Virus record (IMG/VR): IMGVR_UViG_3300045988_111421
Reading direction: 5' to 3' (one strand)
Source of the DNA: a virus
DNA: 64,000 bases
The notes beneath the pieces are model-generated. The model did no database searches. It worked only from the letters and a program-made list of their open reading frames with translations, and had not been told where the DNA came from. Shown here piece after piece: positions 18,041-27,762 of the stretch; within the stretch, counting starts at the first letter, position 1; each line of letters starts with the position of its first letter. The translations under genes and the position numbers were made by a program.

Positions 18041-18387
18041 AAAGAAAAATTAGAAGAACCGGGGAGATAATAGACATAATCACCTTCAGCGGCTCAACTA
18101 CAAGAAGCGACTGTGACAAAATACAATTCTATGACAGCAAAGGAAGTGTGATAAATGAGAGTTTAAATTATTATCTCGATACCCTTCCTGTGGATGATGA
18201 AAACAAAGACGTGGATTGGGAACAACGTAGATTCGATCTTGTTAAGGCTTATTCTATTGAGTTTATCAAAACACTGCATAGAAAAGGAGAGATAGATTGC
18301 GGAGTATATGTACCAGATGTGGTGTCATGGTCTATAACTATAGCAGATAGAATCATAGAAGCAATGAGAGGAGTTCAAAATGCTTGA
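18037..18387 (+). CDS. Hypothetical protein (116 aa).
   Basis: ORF. Confidence 0.5.
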   Translation: MKRKIRRTGEIIDIITFSGSTTRSDCDKIQFYDSKGSVINESLNYYLDTLPVDDENKDVDWEQRRFDLVKAYSIEFIKTLHRKGEIDCGVYVPDVVSWSITIADRIIEAMRGVQNA

Positions 18388-19393
18388 TTTCAGAAGATAC
18401 GAAAACGTACCTCGGTTTCAACTTGACCGCAGGCCCGGAAGGAGCCGACTGAAGCTAACCTGCCCGGCTTGCGGAAAAAGCCGGTGCCTCACTCCTTATA
18501 TTGATGTGGCAACAGGTCAGGTTGTTGGCAACGAGTTCGGAAGATGCGATCATGAACGGACTTGCGGTTACGATAAACGACCTACTGGTAAGGATGTAGG
18601 TGACAAAGATCTTTGGATTTCAGGAAACAAGTGTATAAGAGCTTATCGCCCTCCTGTAAATCCTGACGTTGTAAATTACATACCTTTTAGCGAGTTTGAG
18701 AGGACTGTGGTTCCAGACGATAGAAACACTGTATTTAGATTTTTATCGTCTCTATGGGGAAAAGAAAGGGTGTCTGATGTATTCAGGAGGTATCATGTAG
18801 GAACAATGGACTTATGGGGATGGAAAGGATGTTGTATATTCTGGCAGATAGACAAAGATTTTGTATGTAGAACCGGCAAGATCATGGACTTTTATATAAA
18901 AACCGACGGCCAGGGGAATGAGATTGATGTAAAAAGAGTGAAGGAAAAAGACGGTGACAATGAGCGGCCTCATGTTATGTTTTATCACTCGTTGCATGCA
19001 AGAGACTTCTTGTTTAGACAATGCCTGTTCGGAGAGCATCTTCTAAGCCAGTATCCGGATAAGGTGGTTAATTTGGTGGAATCAGAAAAGACGGCTATTA
19101 TATGCGCTGTGAATAAACCGGATGAGTTATTTGTAGCTACCGGTGGGTTGCAGAATCTAAGACCGGAAGTGATAGATGTTTTAAAAGATAGAAAGACCGT
19201 AGCTTTTCCGGACAAAGGACAAGCATTTGAGACATGGAGTAAAAAGATAGATGGGATGATGATGAAGTCAAGGATAAAAGTATCGGACTATCTTCAAAAT
19301 GTTGAAAATGTAGGAGACGGAGATGATGTGGCAGATTTGATAATCAATAACAAGGTAAAAGAAAAATATCATGAGCCTGGATGTTTATATTAA
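18380..19393 (+). CDS. Putative primase-like protein: Zn-binding CPACG..C..H..C element plus a TOPRIM-like segment (337 aa).
   Basis: CPACGKSRC...GRCDHERTCGY. VESEKTAIICAV...ATGG resembles a TOPRIM Glu region. The DxD motif is not clear. Confidence 0.3.
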   Translation: MLDFRRYENVPRFQLDRRPGRSRLKLTCPACGKSRCLTPYIDVATGQVVGNEFGRCDHERTCGYDKRPTGKDVGDKDLWISGNKCIRAYRPPVNPDVVNYIPFSEFERTVVPDDRNTVFRFLSSLWGKERVSDVFRRYHVGTMDLWGWKGCCIFWQIDKDFVCRTGKIMDFYIKTDGQGNEIDVKRVKEKDGDNERPHVMFYHSLHARDFLFRQCLFGEHLLSQYPDKVVNLVESEKTAIICAVNKPDELFVATGGLQNLRPEVIDVLKDRKTVAFPDKGQAFETWSKKIDGMMMKSRIKVSDYLQNVENVGDGDDVADLIINNKVKEKYHEPGCLY

Positions 19394-19721
19394 GAACAAG
19401 AAGAAAGAAGATCGTGAATGGGTTGCGGACATCACCCACAACATGAACAAGATGGCACAAAGAATATTCGTATCAGAAAATAAAGAAACGCTGTACGATT
19501 ATGTTTGGAGACCAGAAGAATTGGGTAGGGAAATAGATACCGATGAGATGAAGAATGTACTCACAAAAGGCATATGTATTATGATCTCTAAGAGAAAAAG
19601 TCTTTTGAGATACGAGCCGGAAAACGGATGGGGGTCTTATGATTCATTTCTTAAGTTTCTTATCGAATATAAAGAGGCGTGTGAAGATCATCCGGGTTAT
19701 ATAATTGAAGCAAGTAGATAA
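19371..19721 (+). CDS. Hypothetical protein (116 aa).
   Basis: ORF. Confidence 0.5.
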   Translation: MSLDVYIKNKKKEDREWVADITHNMNKMAQRIFVSENKETLYDYVWRPEELGREIDTDEMKNVLTKGICIMISKRKSLLRYEPENGWGSYDSFLKFLIEYKEACEDHPGYIIEASR

Positions 19722-19980
19722 TATGGAAAATTACAAAAACACTTTAAACGAGGTAGTGGTGATTGAATCGTCGCCAGAAACGTATTTTGTTTACGCTATT
19801 CGTAATGCTATTCGTATCTCTAAATGTGCGTATCCGACAGCCAAGAAAGTAATTTTCAAAAGAGAGGACGTAGAGGTAGAGATCTCAGAAATGGAAACTG
19901 AAAGCAGTTTGTATGAAAAGTTTAAAGAAAAACAAAAGAATAGGGTATGGAACTTAATGAGCGCCAACAACGGGTTTTAA
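19705..19980 (+). CDS. Hypothetical protein (91 aa).
   Basis: ORF. Confidence 0.45.
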   Translation: MKQVDNMENYKNTLNEVVVIESSPETYFVYAIRNAIRISKCAYPTAKKVIFKREDVEVEISEMETESSLYEKFKEKQKNRVWNLMSANNGF

Positions 19981-20513
19981 GAGGCGAAATTTGTCCTTAT
20001 TGCGGAAGGGAAACCGAGCTGGTCAATGCCGATAAAATATATAGCAGAAAAGGCTTAGGTATGGTTATGATGTGCAAACCATGCAATGCTTATGTCGGTG
20101 TTCATGAATCAGGGCCGAATAAGGGAAAAGCTAAAGGCCGGCTTGCGGGGCCATCACTGAGGTCTCTTAAGATAAGAGTCCATGCCGAACTTGATAGACT
20201 ATGGTCTACGCCGGAGGAACGGGAAGGGATGTATAAAGATTTATCTGAATTTCTCTCTATACCGGAAGAATACACACATATAGGTATGTTCGGCGAGAAG
20301 ACGATGGGAAAAATATTTCAGTTCTGTCATGTAAACAAAGAACGATCAGGTTCGAGAATAGAATGGCATAAACCTGGAGATAAGTGCCCTAATAAAAACA
20401 ATCAAATAGTGTCAGGCAGTAGCGCATGTAGAGGATGTCCTGAGTATCTTCATGATGAGAAAGACGGATATGTCTGGTGTGATCCTGATATGAGCTACGG
20501 CAGGTTGAAATAG
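19947..20513 (+). CDS. Zn-ribbon protein (188 aa; CPYCG...CKPCN).
   Basis: Cys pairs. Confidence 0.5.
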   Translation: MELNERQQRVLRGEICPYCGRETELVNADKIYSRKGLGMVMMCKPCNAYVGVHESGPNKGKAKGRLAGPSLRSLKIRVHAELDRLWSTPEEREGMYKDLSEFLSIPEEYTHIGMFGEKTMGKIFQFCHVNKERSGSRIEWHKPGDKCPNKNNQIVSGSSACRGCPEYLHDEKDGYVWCDPDMSYGRLK

Positions 20514-20565
20514 GGCGCGAATTGCCTATCTTTGTGCTATTATTAATCAAAAAAAATATAAGCAC

Positions 20566-20844
20566 ATGGGCAGATCAACAGAGTACTACAGGACTCATCC
20601 AGAAGCCAGGAAGAAAAAGGCTAAAAAGGACAAGGAGATAAATGCCAGACCGGAACAGAAAGCCAAACGCCGGGAGCTTGGTCGTAAAAACTACGAAACG
20701 GACAAGAAGAAGGGCAAGGGCTGGAGGAAAGGCAAGGATTGTTCTCATACCAAGAACGGTCTTAGGTATAAATCAGTAAAAGCTAATAGGGGATCCAAGT
20801 CGGATACGAAAGGTGACAAAAATGCAAGAGGAGATAGCAAATAG
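20566..20844 (+). CDS. Highly basic Lys/Arg-rich small protein (92 aa). Possible nucleic-acid binder.
   Basis: About 35% K+R. Confidence 0.45.
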   Translation: MGRSTEYYRTHPEARKKKAKKDKEINARPEQKAKRRELGRKNYETDKKKGKGWRKGKDCSHTKNGLRYKSVKANRGSKSDTKGDKNARGDSK

Positions 20845-21946
20845 GATAGATATAAGAAGGATATTCAAGACCTCTAAACAAGTTATGGAAGAGGCGTATG
20901 AGAATATCTTGAAATACAGGCGGGGAGAGCTTATCCCCGCTAAAACCGGATACGATTATATTGATGAGGCTTTGCTTGGAGGTATTTTTCCTCAGCACGC
21001 TATTGCCATAGGAGCCCGGCCATCTGTAGGTAAATCGTATGTGGCCCAAAAGATATTGGAAAATGTGATGAATCCGATGATCAACCCGCAAGCAGAAGAT
21101 TATTTTCTTGTTAATTGCGAGTTCGAAATGAATCCTCAAGATCTTCTTCTTCGTAGAATGAGCCAGGATATGAAAAAGCGAGCTCCTGAAATATTAAGAA
21201 GGCAAGATTCTAATACAGTAGAAGAGATGAGGATGTTTGAAGTCCTTCAAGGTGAAATCAGAAATAATATAATATACATCGATGCTCCGTGTACGGTAAA
21301 AGAGTTTGAGGCGGCTGTGTATCATATAGCTACCAAACATAAAGACAAACGTCTTATAATATTTAAAGTCGATCATATTGCTTTGATAAAAAGAATGGGA
21401 TTAGATCCTAAGTCGGCTATAGATGATTTGGTGGCGGTTATGAACGAAGCTAAATTAGTATATAAAAACATATTTTTCCTCATCATATCCCAATTCAACA
21501 GAGAAATAGAAGGAAGGATAAAAAGCCCACAAGAGCAGCCTCCGCGTCTTTCTGATTTTTACCAATCCGATACGCTGGGTCAGTTATGTACGTTAATGAT
21601 AGGTTTGCACAATCCTCGTAGGTACGGGCTGGATAAGTATATGATATTTGGGAAAGACTGGTATCAGACCCTTGATAGGTTTAAAACTGAAAACAAAACA
21701 TCATTCAGGACAGCCGGACTGGTATTTCATCATATACTGAAGGTAAGGCAAGTTAGTATGGAAGAGCTTACTAATACAATCCACCCAGAGATACTGCCGG
21801 GACATGGATGGATGTACGGGGAGGGCGGGACGAAGTTCGTGAACCCCAACCAGCCGCCGACGCCTCCCAAGCTCTATACTGTGGAAGACGTTACGGACAA
21901 TCAGGAACAAGAACAAGAGACAAAAGAAGAACAGTCATTGTATTAA
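20813..21946 (+). CDS. DnaB-family replicative helicase, RecA-like C-terminal domain protein (377 aa).
   Basis: Walker A IAIGARPSVGKSYVAQ (compare DnaB ARPSMGKT). IISQFNREIEGR resembles the DnaB H4 QLNR motif. Confidence 0.55.
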   Translation: MTKMQEEIANRIDIRRIFKTSKQVMEEAYENILKYRRGELIPAKTGYDYIDEALLGGIFPQHAIAIGARPSVGKSYVAQKILENVMNPMINPQAEDYFLVNCEFEMNPQDLLLRRMSQDMKKRAPEILRRQDSNTVEEMRMFEVLQGEIRNNIIYIDAPCTVKEFEAAVYHIATKHKDKRLIIFKVDHIALIKRMGLDPKSAIDDLVAVMNEAKLVYKNIFFLIISQFNREIEGRIKSPQEQPPRLSDFYQSDTLGQLCTLMIGLHNPRRYGLDKYMIFGKDWYQTLDRFKTENKTSFRTAGLVFHHILKVRQVSMEELTNTIHPEILPGHGWMYGEGGTKFVNPNQPPTPPKLYTVEDVTDNQEQEQETKEEQSLY

Positions 21947-21961
21947 AAAAAAATAAGAACC

Positions 21962-22564
21962 ATGAGACTGACAGTAGAAGAAAACGAATACCTGATAAGT
22001 AAGTTCCTTTTGGTTCTTACTGAGTTTGCAGGAGATGAAAGAGAGATGTTTTTAATCAACTCCATACATGATAAGGCGGTGGCGGATATGAATTATCGTC
22101 TTCCGTCTTTAATAAGCAGAGAACGTAAAAGACGAGTTATTGAGCTCCTTAAAGAAGGAACCAGAATAATCAAGGACTTTTCCGGATATGCAGGTGATAT
22201 GGGTATGATTAACGAATACGATCGTTTAAAGAAAGAAATAGGTACCGTCCAAGACCAGCTTGGTGACGTAGAAGGTCAACTTCGGGCAGCAGGAGAAGTT
22301 ATTAAAAAAGAACTTGATATGATTGCTGACCGAATCAAAGAAGATCTTCTTGATCGAGAACTGGCTAAAAGTAATGCCGAGGCTGAAAGAAAAGCCAAAG
22401 TAGATCCGAGATACGAAGTAGCTTTAGGTGATTACAAGGAGATGCTGGAAGTGATTTTTACAACCAGAAACAAGTATTCTACGGTAGATTCTGTACATGA
22501 CGATCTTCGCCAGTCGGTATCTACCGGTAGAAATTCGATTATTAAAGAAGGGTACAACAGTTAA
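21962..22564 (+). CDS. Coiled-coil hypothetical protein (200 aa).
   Basis: ORF. Confidence 0.5.
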   Translation: MRLTVEENEYLISKFLLVLTEFAGDEREMFLINSIHDKAVADMNYRLPSLISRERKRRVIELLKEGTRIIKDFSGYAGDMGMINEYDRLKKEIGTVQDQLGDVEGQLRAAGEVIKKELDMIADRIKEDLLDRELAKSNAEAERKAKVDPRYEVALGDYKEMLEVIFTTRNKYSTVDSVHDDLRQSVSTGRNSIIKEGYNS

Positions 22565-22579
22565 AAACAAGGAGGGAAT

Positions 22580-22777
22580 ATGGAAAAGAAGGAATTTAAA
22601 GTAGGAGAAGTATTTGATGCCGGACTTGTAAGATTAAAATGTGTGGAAGGTGATACATGCGATAGGTGTATATTCGAAGATTACGATTCTTGTTCATGTA
22701 TAGACATAATTGTTGGTCCATGTGGACATGTTGATAGACAAGATAACAAGAATGTTATTTTTATTAAAGCTGATTAA
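22580..22777 (+). CDS. Small Cys-rich protein (TCDRCIFEDYDSCSC). Paralog of 279..539.
   Basis: AAGGAGGGAAT SD. Shares the CDRCIF block with 279..539. Confidence 0.5.
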   Translation: MEKKEFKVGEVFDAGLVRLKCVEGDTCDRCIFEDYDSCSCIDIIVGPCGHVDRQDNKNVIFIKAD

Positions 22778-22779
22778 GA

Positions 22780-23493
22780 ATGTACATCAATTTCAGACAA
22801 CTTGCAGCATCAGACATGACCCCTAATGATCTTGCCAATCTTCTTGCCATAAGACAGAAGGATTCGGTTATGATCGAAGCTATGCCAGAAGAAGACGCTG
22901 GTAGATATATAGAGCTTGGCCTGGTTGAGAAATTAAAATCAGGCGTGATGAGATTAACCAACAAAGGAACGTCTTTTGTAAATTATATAGAGACACCGGA
23001 AATGACAGACGAGGTTCTGGAAACGTTGAAGATTATGATAGGAATGTACGAATCATATTCAAAAGACATAGGTGTCAGTAGAAAAGAAGCGGAATCCAGA
23101 TTGTGTTGGTTTATGGGTAACACCTCATTCAAGAAAGAGGTCATACTTCAGGTAACGGAATCTTATATAGCAGAGTCAGGAGATTATACAATGAGCTTAT
23201 GTAACTTCATATGGAAACCGCCTTCTCAAGCTTTTTCAGTTCATATGAACCTTAAAAATTCAAAGCTCTTTGACTTAATAGCTGAAAAATTTAAGATCGC
23301 TACCGAGTCTTATTTGGAGTCTAAGAAGAATAAGGAAATGGATTGGTTGTTTGCCGTATCTAAATTGCCTACGCCTCCGGCTAAAGGCAATCCGGATTAT
23401 TTGTTTACCGGAAGTTCTGAAACAGACAAAGAGCGATTGAAAAACATAAAAACGTATTTATTTAACAAAATTAGAAAGCAATGGAAAAAGTAA
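22780..23493 (+). CDS. Hypothetical protein (237 aa).
   Basis: ORF. Confidence 0.55.
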   Translation: MYINFRQLAASDMTPNDLANLLAIRQKDSVMIEAMPEEDAGRYIELGLVEKLKSGVMRLTNKGTSFVNYIETPEMTDEVLETLKIMIGMYESYSKDIGVSRKEAESRLCWFMGNTSFKKEVILQVTESYIAESGDYTMSLCNFIWKPPSQAFSVHMNLKNSKLFDLIAEKFKIATESYLESKKNKEMDWLFAVSKLPTPPAKGNPDYLFTGSSETDKERLKNIKTYLFNKIRKQWKK

Positions 23494-23732
23494 GAATCAG
23501 AAAGATAATAGAGGATATAATTATTACTCAGTTTCTTAATTCGGAAATAGATATAATTCATGAAGAAGATGTGACGTTTAAAGAACTTGGATTAGATTCT
23601 GTTGATCAAATTGAACTGGAAGTGATGGTGGAACAAAAATTCAATATTGTTATTATTGATTATGATATGGAGACCATCAAAGATATGACTGATCTTGTTT
23701 ACAAAATAATAACAGAAGGGTATGGGAAGTGA
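23481..23732 (+). CDS. Acyl carrier protein-like (83 aa).
   Basis: ELGLDSVDQIELEVMVEQKFNIVI...DLVYKI matches the ACP phosphopantetheine-attachment DSL/DSV-helix II pattern. Confidence 0.6.
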   Translation: MEKVRIRKIIEDIIITQFLNSEIDIIHEEDVTFKELGLDSVDQIELEVMVEQKFNIVIIDYDMETIKDMTDLVYKIITEGYGK

Positions 23733-24216
23733 CATAATTTTATGCATGGCTTTAATAGCGTCATTTGCTTTTGTTATACAGTTTTTGTTGTCGATATTAG
23801 GATCTGATCTGGATACGGATATTGACATTGACAGTGCTTCTGATTTAAGCATGTCTTTGTCGGATATCATATCATTCAAGGGCATAACACATTTTATTCT
23901 TGGATATAGCTGGACTACCTACTTTTCGGGTTCCCATTTAGTAGGGGTTGTGATAGGGTCGTTTTTCTTTATCGTTTTGTTTTACGTATATAAGTTACTT
24001 CTTAAGTTAAAGCAAGAAATGGTGTACGAATGTCCGGAAGATTTAAATGGAAGAGAAGTGGAGATAGTGTTTAGATCAGGGAAGAATCATTATATGGTAA
24101 ATATTTCAAAAAATGGAAGACAGGAGCAAATGAGAGTAAGATGCTTGTCTGGAAAAACCTACAAAAACGGTGACAAGGTGAATATAAAATATGAAGAAGG
24201 AGAATTAAGTATCTAA
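23722..24216 (+). CDS. NfeD-like membrane protein (164 aa). N-terminal TM helices plus a C-terminal OB/beta-barrel-like domain.
   Basis: TM segments, then GREVEIVFRSGKNHYMVNI..GDKVNIKYEEGELSI, similar to short NfeD/YqiJ-type partners of SPFH proteins. Confidence 0.5.
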   Translation: MGSDIILCMALIASFAFVIQFLLSILGSDLDTDIDIDSASDLSMSLSDIISFKGITHFILGYSWTTYFSGSHLVGVVIGSFFFIVLFYVYKLLLKLKQEMVYECPEDLNGREVEIVFRSGKNHYMVNISKNGRQEQMRVRCLSGKTYKNGDKVNIKYEEGELSI

Positions 24217-24247
24217 TTTTTTTATCAACAATTAAATTTTAAAAGTT

Positions 24248-25948
24248 ATGACAACAATCATGTACGTGTCAGCTATCTTAGCTATAGTGATTATTTTGAC
24301 AATCATCGGAGTCTTATCAAGGTATCGTAGATGTAAGCCTAATCAGGTCTTGGTCGTTTATGGTAAGACAGGTAGGGAAAAGAAATCGGCGAAATTATAT
24401 CATGGTGGAGCGGCATTTGTCTTGCCTATTATTCAAAGCTATGATGTTTTGTCAATGGAGCCTATGCAAATAGATTGCAAGCTTACCGGTGCTTTATCAT
24501 CTCAGAATATTAGAGTAGATGTACCTACGACCATTACAGTAGCTATCAGTACAAATCCCGAAATCATGCAAAATGCGGCAGAAAGACTTTTGGGGATGGA
24601 TACCGAATCTACTGAAAATCTTATTACGGACATTGTTTACGGTCAGATGCGTTTGATTATTGCTGAAATGACAATCGAAAAACTTAATTCTGACAGGGAT
24701 GAGTTTTTGGATAAGGCAAGAAAGAACATTGACAACGAGCTTAACAAGTTAGGTCTTTACCTCCTGAACATCAACATCAGTGACATCAGAGACGAAGCTG
24801 GTTATATTATGAACCTTGGTAAGGAGGCTGAAAGTAGGGCTCTGAACGAGGCACAGGCTAATATCGAAGAACAGGAGAAGCTGGGTGCTATTAAGATTGC
24901 TGTACAGCAGAAGGAGAAAGAAACGGCTGTGGCTAATACCAAAAAAGAGCAAGAGATTCAAATTGCTTGTACTGAAAAAGAAAAGGAAACGATAGTAGCT
25001 GAAACGAAGAAAGAAAAAGAAATAGCCTTGGCTTTAACCGATAAAGAAAAACAGATCGGCGTAGCTCAAGCAGATAGAGACAGGGCTGCGGTTATCGCAA
25101 AAACTTTAACCGACAAGGAATCGGCGATTGTAAGATCTAAGGCAGAACTTGAAGTAAATAAAGCCGAGGCTGAAAGGATGGAAGAAGTCGGAAAGAATAA
25201 GGCTGAAGCTGACAAGGAAGCAGCTATAGCAATACAAGACTCTGAAGCTCAGATTAAGAAGGCTGAGGCTGAGAAAAATGCGTCTATAGGATACAACAAT
25301 GCCCAGAAGGAGGTTGCTGTGTCAGTATCAGAACTACAGATCATCAAAGCTCAATCAGAGAAGAAGGCCGGAGAAGAAAAAGTTAAATCGGAAGCGGCTG
25401 TAAAAACAGCAAAAGAGCTTGCCGACAAAGAAGTGGAAGAAGCTAAGGCTAAGAAAGTTCAGGCTGCGCTTAAGGCTGAAAAGATTGTGCCGGCTGAAAC
25501 CCAGAAGGAAGAGGCTATCTTGCAAGCTGATGCTGAGGCAGAGAAGATCAAACGCCGGGCTGAGGCAGAAGCAGCAGCACATTTGGCAAAAGCTGAGGCG
25601 GAGGCAAAAGCTATTCAGATGAAGCTGGAGGCAGAAGCCGAAGGTAAGAAAAAATCGTTGATGGCAGAAGCCGACGGATTTAAGGCTATGGTGGAAGCAG
25701 CAGAATCCAATCCTCAGATCGCCATCCAGTACAAGATGGTTAATCAGTGGAAAGAAATTGCCGGAGAACAGGTTAAGGCATTTGAGCACATTAACCTCGG
25801 AAATATCACGGTATTTGACGGCGGTCAGAACAGTACCGGTAATTTCCTTAACAATGTTGTCAAGACCGTCGCTCCGGCATTGGGAGTCATTGATCAGCTT
25901 CCGATTGCAGATACTTTAAAGAAGTTAAAAGGAGATGACAAAAAATAA
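24248..25948 (+). CDS. Flotillin/YqiK-like SPFH (band-7) protein with a long Ala/Glu/Lys coiled-coil repeat region (566 aa).
   Basis: N-terminal TM, NQVLVVYGKTGRE..GGAAFVLPIIQSY..SMEPMQID SPFH core, then EA-repeat coiled coil. Confidence 0.7.
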   Translation: MTTIMYVSAILAIVIILTIIGVLSRYRRCKPNQVLVVYGKTGREKKSAKLYHGGAAFVLPIIQSYDVLSMEPMQIDCKLTGALSSQNIRVDVPTTITVAISTNPEIMQNAAERLLGMDTESTENLITDIVYGQMRLIIAEMTIEKLNSDRDEFLDKARKNIDNELNKLGLYLLNINISDIRDEAGYIMNLGKEAESRALNEAQANIEEQEKLGAIKIAVQQKEKETAVANTKKEQEIQIACTEKEKETIVAETKKEKEIALALTDKEKQIGVAQADRDRAAVIAKTLTDKESAIVRSKAELEVNKAEAERMEEVGKNKAEADKEAAIAIQDSEAQIKKAEAEKNASIGYNNAQKEVAVSVSELQIIKAQSEKKAGEEKVKSEAAVKTAKELADKEVEEAKAKKVQAALKAEKIVPAETQKEEAILQADAEAEKIKRRAEAEAAAHLAKAEAEAKAIQMKLEAEAEGKKKSLMAEADGFKAMVEAAESNPQIAIQYKMVNQWKEIAGEQVKAFEHINLGNITVFDGGQNSTGNFLNNVVKTVAPALGVIDQLPIADTLKKLKGDDKK

Positions 25949-25955
25949 ATACAAT

Positions 25956-25977
25956 GGCCCAAGGTTACACTTGGGCC
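25956..25977 (+). terminator. Hairpin GGCCCAAG-GTTACA-CTTGGGCC, 8 nt after the flotillin stop.
   Basis: Perfect 8-bp stem. Weak U-tract. Confidence 0.4.
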
Positions 25978-26111
25978 TAATTGAAGAAGCAAAAGCAGCA
26001 TTCATAGATTTCCTGCCGGCAGGGACAGTGATTTTAAGTGCTTTACTAATTACGATATTTTTAACATGGATTTTGGACAAGATTTAGAACCAGAAGAACT
26101 GACCAAGCATT

Positions 26112-26471
26112 ATGATCAGTATTATGGAATTGATTTTGAAACAGAAGAAGAGGAGGATGAAGAGTATGACTGACGAGGAATTTGTATTGGATAATAAGAA
26201 AAGGGTTGTTGTAAGAAAAAGAATATCTTATTTAAGCAAAGGGGATAAAGTGTGGATTGTGTCTTCCGACGGGTATCTGCTACACACGGACGTGGTTAGA
26301 GCCGACCGCGGCCAATCTTATGTGGATATAGACGGTATCCTGTATTGGAAACGAGGATTGGATGGCAAGCATCGTAATCGTAATAACTACATGCAGTTTG
26401 CCATGACACCAGAAGACGGTAAGAAGTATGTCGTATATTACCCAGAAGGATTTAAAGACAATGACTTATGA
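26112..26471 (+). CDS. Hypothetical protein (119 aa).
   Basis: ORF. Confidence 0.5.
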   Translation: MISIMELILKQKKRRMKSMTDEEFVLDNKKRVVVRKRISYLSKGDKVWIVSSDGYLLHTDVVRADRGQSYVDIDGILYWKRGLDGKHRNRNNYMQFAMTPEDGKKYVVYYPEGFKDNDL

Positions 26472-27487
26472 TGGTCCCGGAAACGCATTTGCTATATAAG
26501 GAGTTTAATGGTGTGAAACGTCTTGCCATATCTTATTCCCAGATAGATACGTTTCTTACCTGTCCAATGAAATGGTATAAAACTTACGTAGAGGGCAAAA
26601 GGTCTACAGAAAAACAAGAAGCTACATCTTATGGTACGGTTATCCATAAGACACTGGAATACTTCTTTAAGAACGGAAGACAGCCTTCTGGTAAAGACCT
26701 TGGAGAAGCAATAAGTTACTATGCTTACCAAGAAGACATACCTTGGCTATCACCGGAAAATATGATGATAGCCATGAAACAATCTGGGGAGCTTCTTGCT
26801 TGGATTGTGGATCTGTTTAAAAAAGACGGGAATAGGTTTATGATAGCTGATAGTGATCTTAATCCCTGTGAGAAACTTATCAGACACGGCGCTATAGTTG
26901 GAGTCGAAGAAGATTTTGTGCTGCCGTACCGTCTTCCTAAGCCTGTTGATATAAATGGAGTAATTCATACTCATGTGTACATGGTAGGATCGGTAGACCT
27001 TCATCTGGCTATAAAGAGCAAGAACGTAGTTCACCATTATGTCATAGATTGGAAATCAGGGAATAAGATTTTTGATTCTAAGAAGTTGGAAACGAATTTA
27101 CAGCATCCTATATATTCATTTTACATCTATAGAAAATATGGTGGAGTTCTGCCAGATATGAACATCTATTTCTTTACCAGAACCAGGCAGTACCAAAAGG
27201 TTAAGATAGATGAAGAGCGTAAAACAAAATCTATAGAAATGCTAAATGACACTTTGTCTAAAATGTATGATTTTGAAGATAATAGTGTAAAAACATTTCA
27301 AGCGTACATCCAGGGAGCAGAAGAAGCCAGGTATAGCAAGCGGCGCGCCACCCTAAGCCAGCCTGTTTCGCAAAACAAGCTACCCTGCCCGTCGGCGCTG
27401 TGTTATTATTGTGACTTTGGATTACATAACAAAAACGAATGCCCTTTCTCTTCAGATTGGGATCCGTCTAAAAAGATAAAACGATGA
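26468..27487 (+). CDS. Cas4/RecB-family PD-(D/E)XK exonuclease with a C-terminal 4-Cys cluster (339 aa).
   Basis: N-terminus SYSQIDTFLTCPMKWYKTYV. VIDWKSGNK corresponds to the DYKTG block. C-terminus CPSALCYYCDFG..NECP. Confidence 0.5.
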   Translation: MMVPETHLLYKEFNGVKRLAISYSQIDTFLTCPMKWYKTYVEGKRSTEKQEATSYGTVIHKTLEYFFKNGRQPSGKDLGEAISYYAYQEDIPWLSPENMMIAMKQSGELLAWIVDLFKKDGNRFMIADSDLNPCEKLIRHGAIVGVEEDFVLPYRLPKPVDINGVIHTHVYMVGSVDLHLAIKSKNVVHHYVIDWKSGNKIFDSKKLETNLQHPIYSFYIYRKYGGVLPDMNIYFFTRTRQYQKVKIDEERKTKSIEMLNDTLSKMYDFEDNSVKTFQAYIQGAEEARYSKRRATLSQPVSQNKLPCPSALCYYCDFGLHNKNECPFSSDWDPSKKIKR

Positions 27488-27654
27488 AATACGAGGATGT
27501 TCAAAAGTTAAGAACGAAATACCGGCAAGATCCGGAAGTTATAAACGTAGAATACATGAGAGACGTTGCTGTAAGATGCGGGAATTTCAAGAAAGCGTTT
27601 GAGCTTCAGGAGAAGCTGGAGGATATATGGTTCAACTATTTAAAAGGAGTGTAA
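27484..27654 (+). CDS. Small hypothetical protein (56 aa).
   Basis: ATGA overlap with the upstream gene. Below the track cut-off. Confidence 0.3.
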   Translation: MKYEDVQKLRTKYRQDPEVINVEYMRDVAVRCGNFKKAFELQEKLEDIWFNYLKGV

Positions 27655-27762
27655 TGAAAGAAGATCTAATATGTGGAGTAGCGATCCTTTTGTATTTAGT
27701 TTTATTATACTTACTCACGACAGCTTTCATAAAAAACAGGTAGAGCAGTAGAGCGTTATAAG

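Noticed and set aside
21194-21376. Integrase, excisionase or repressor evidence for a temperate lifestyle.
   Set aside because: No tyrosine/serine recombinase motifs were recognised anywhere in the window. The lifestyle cannot be inferred from this fragment.
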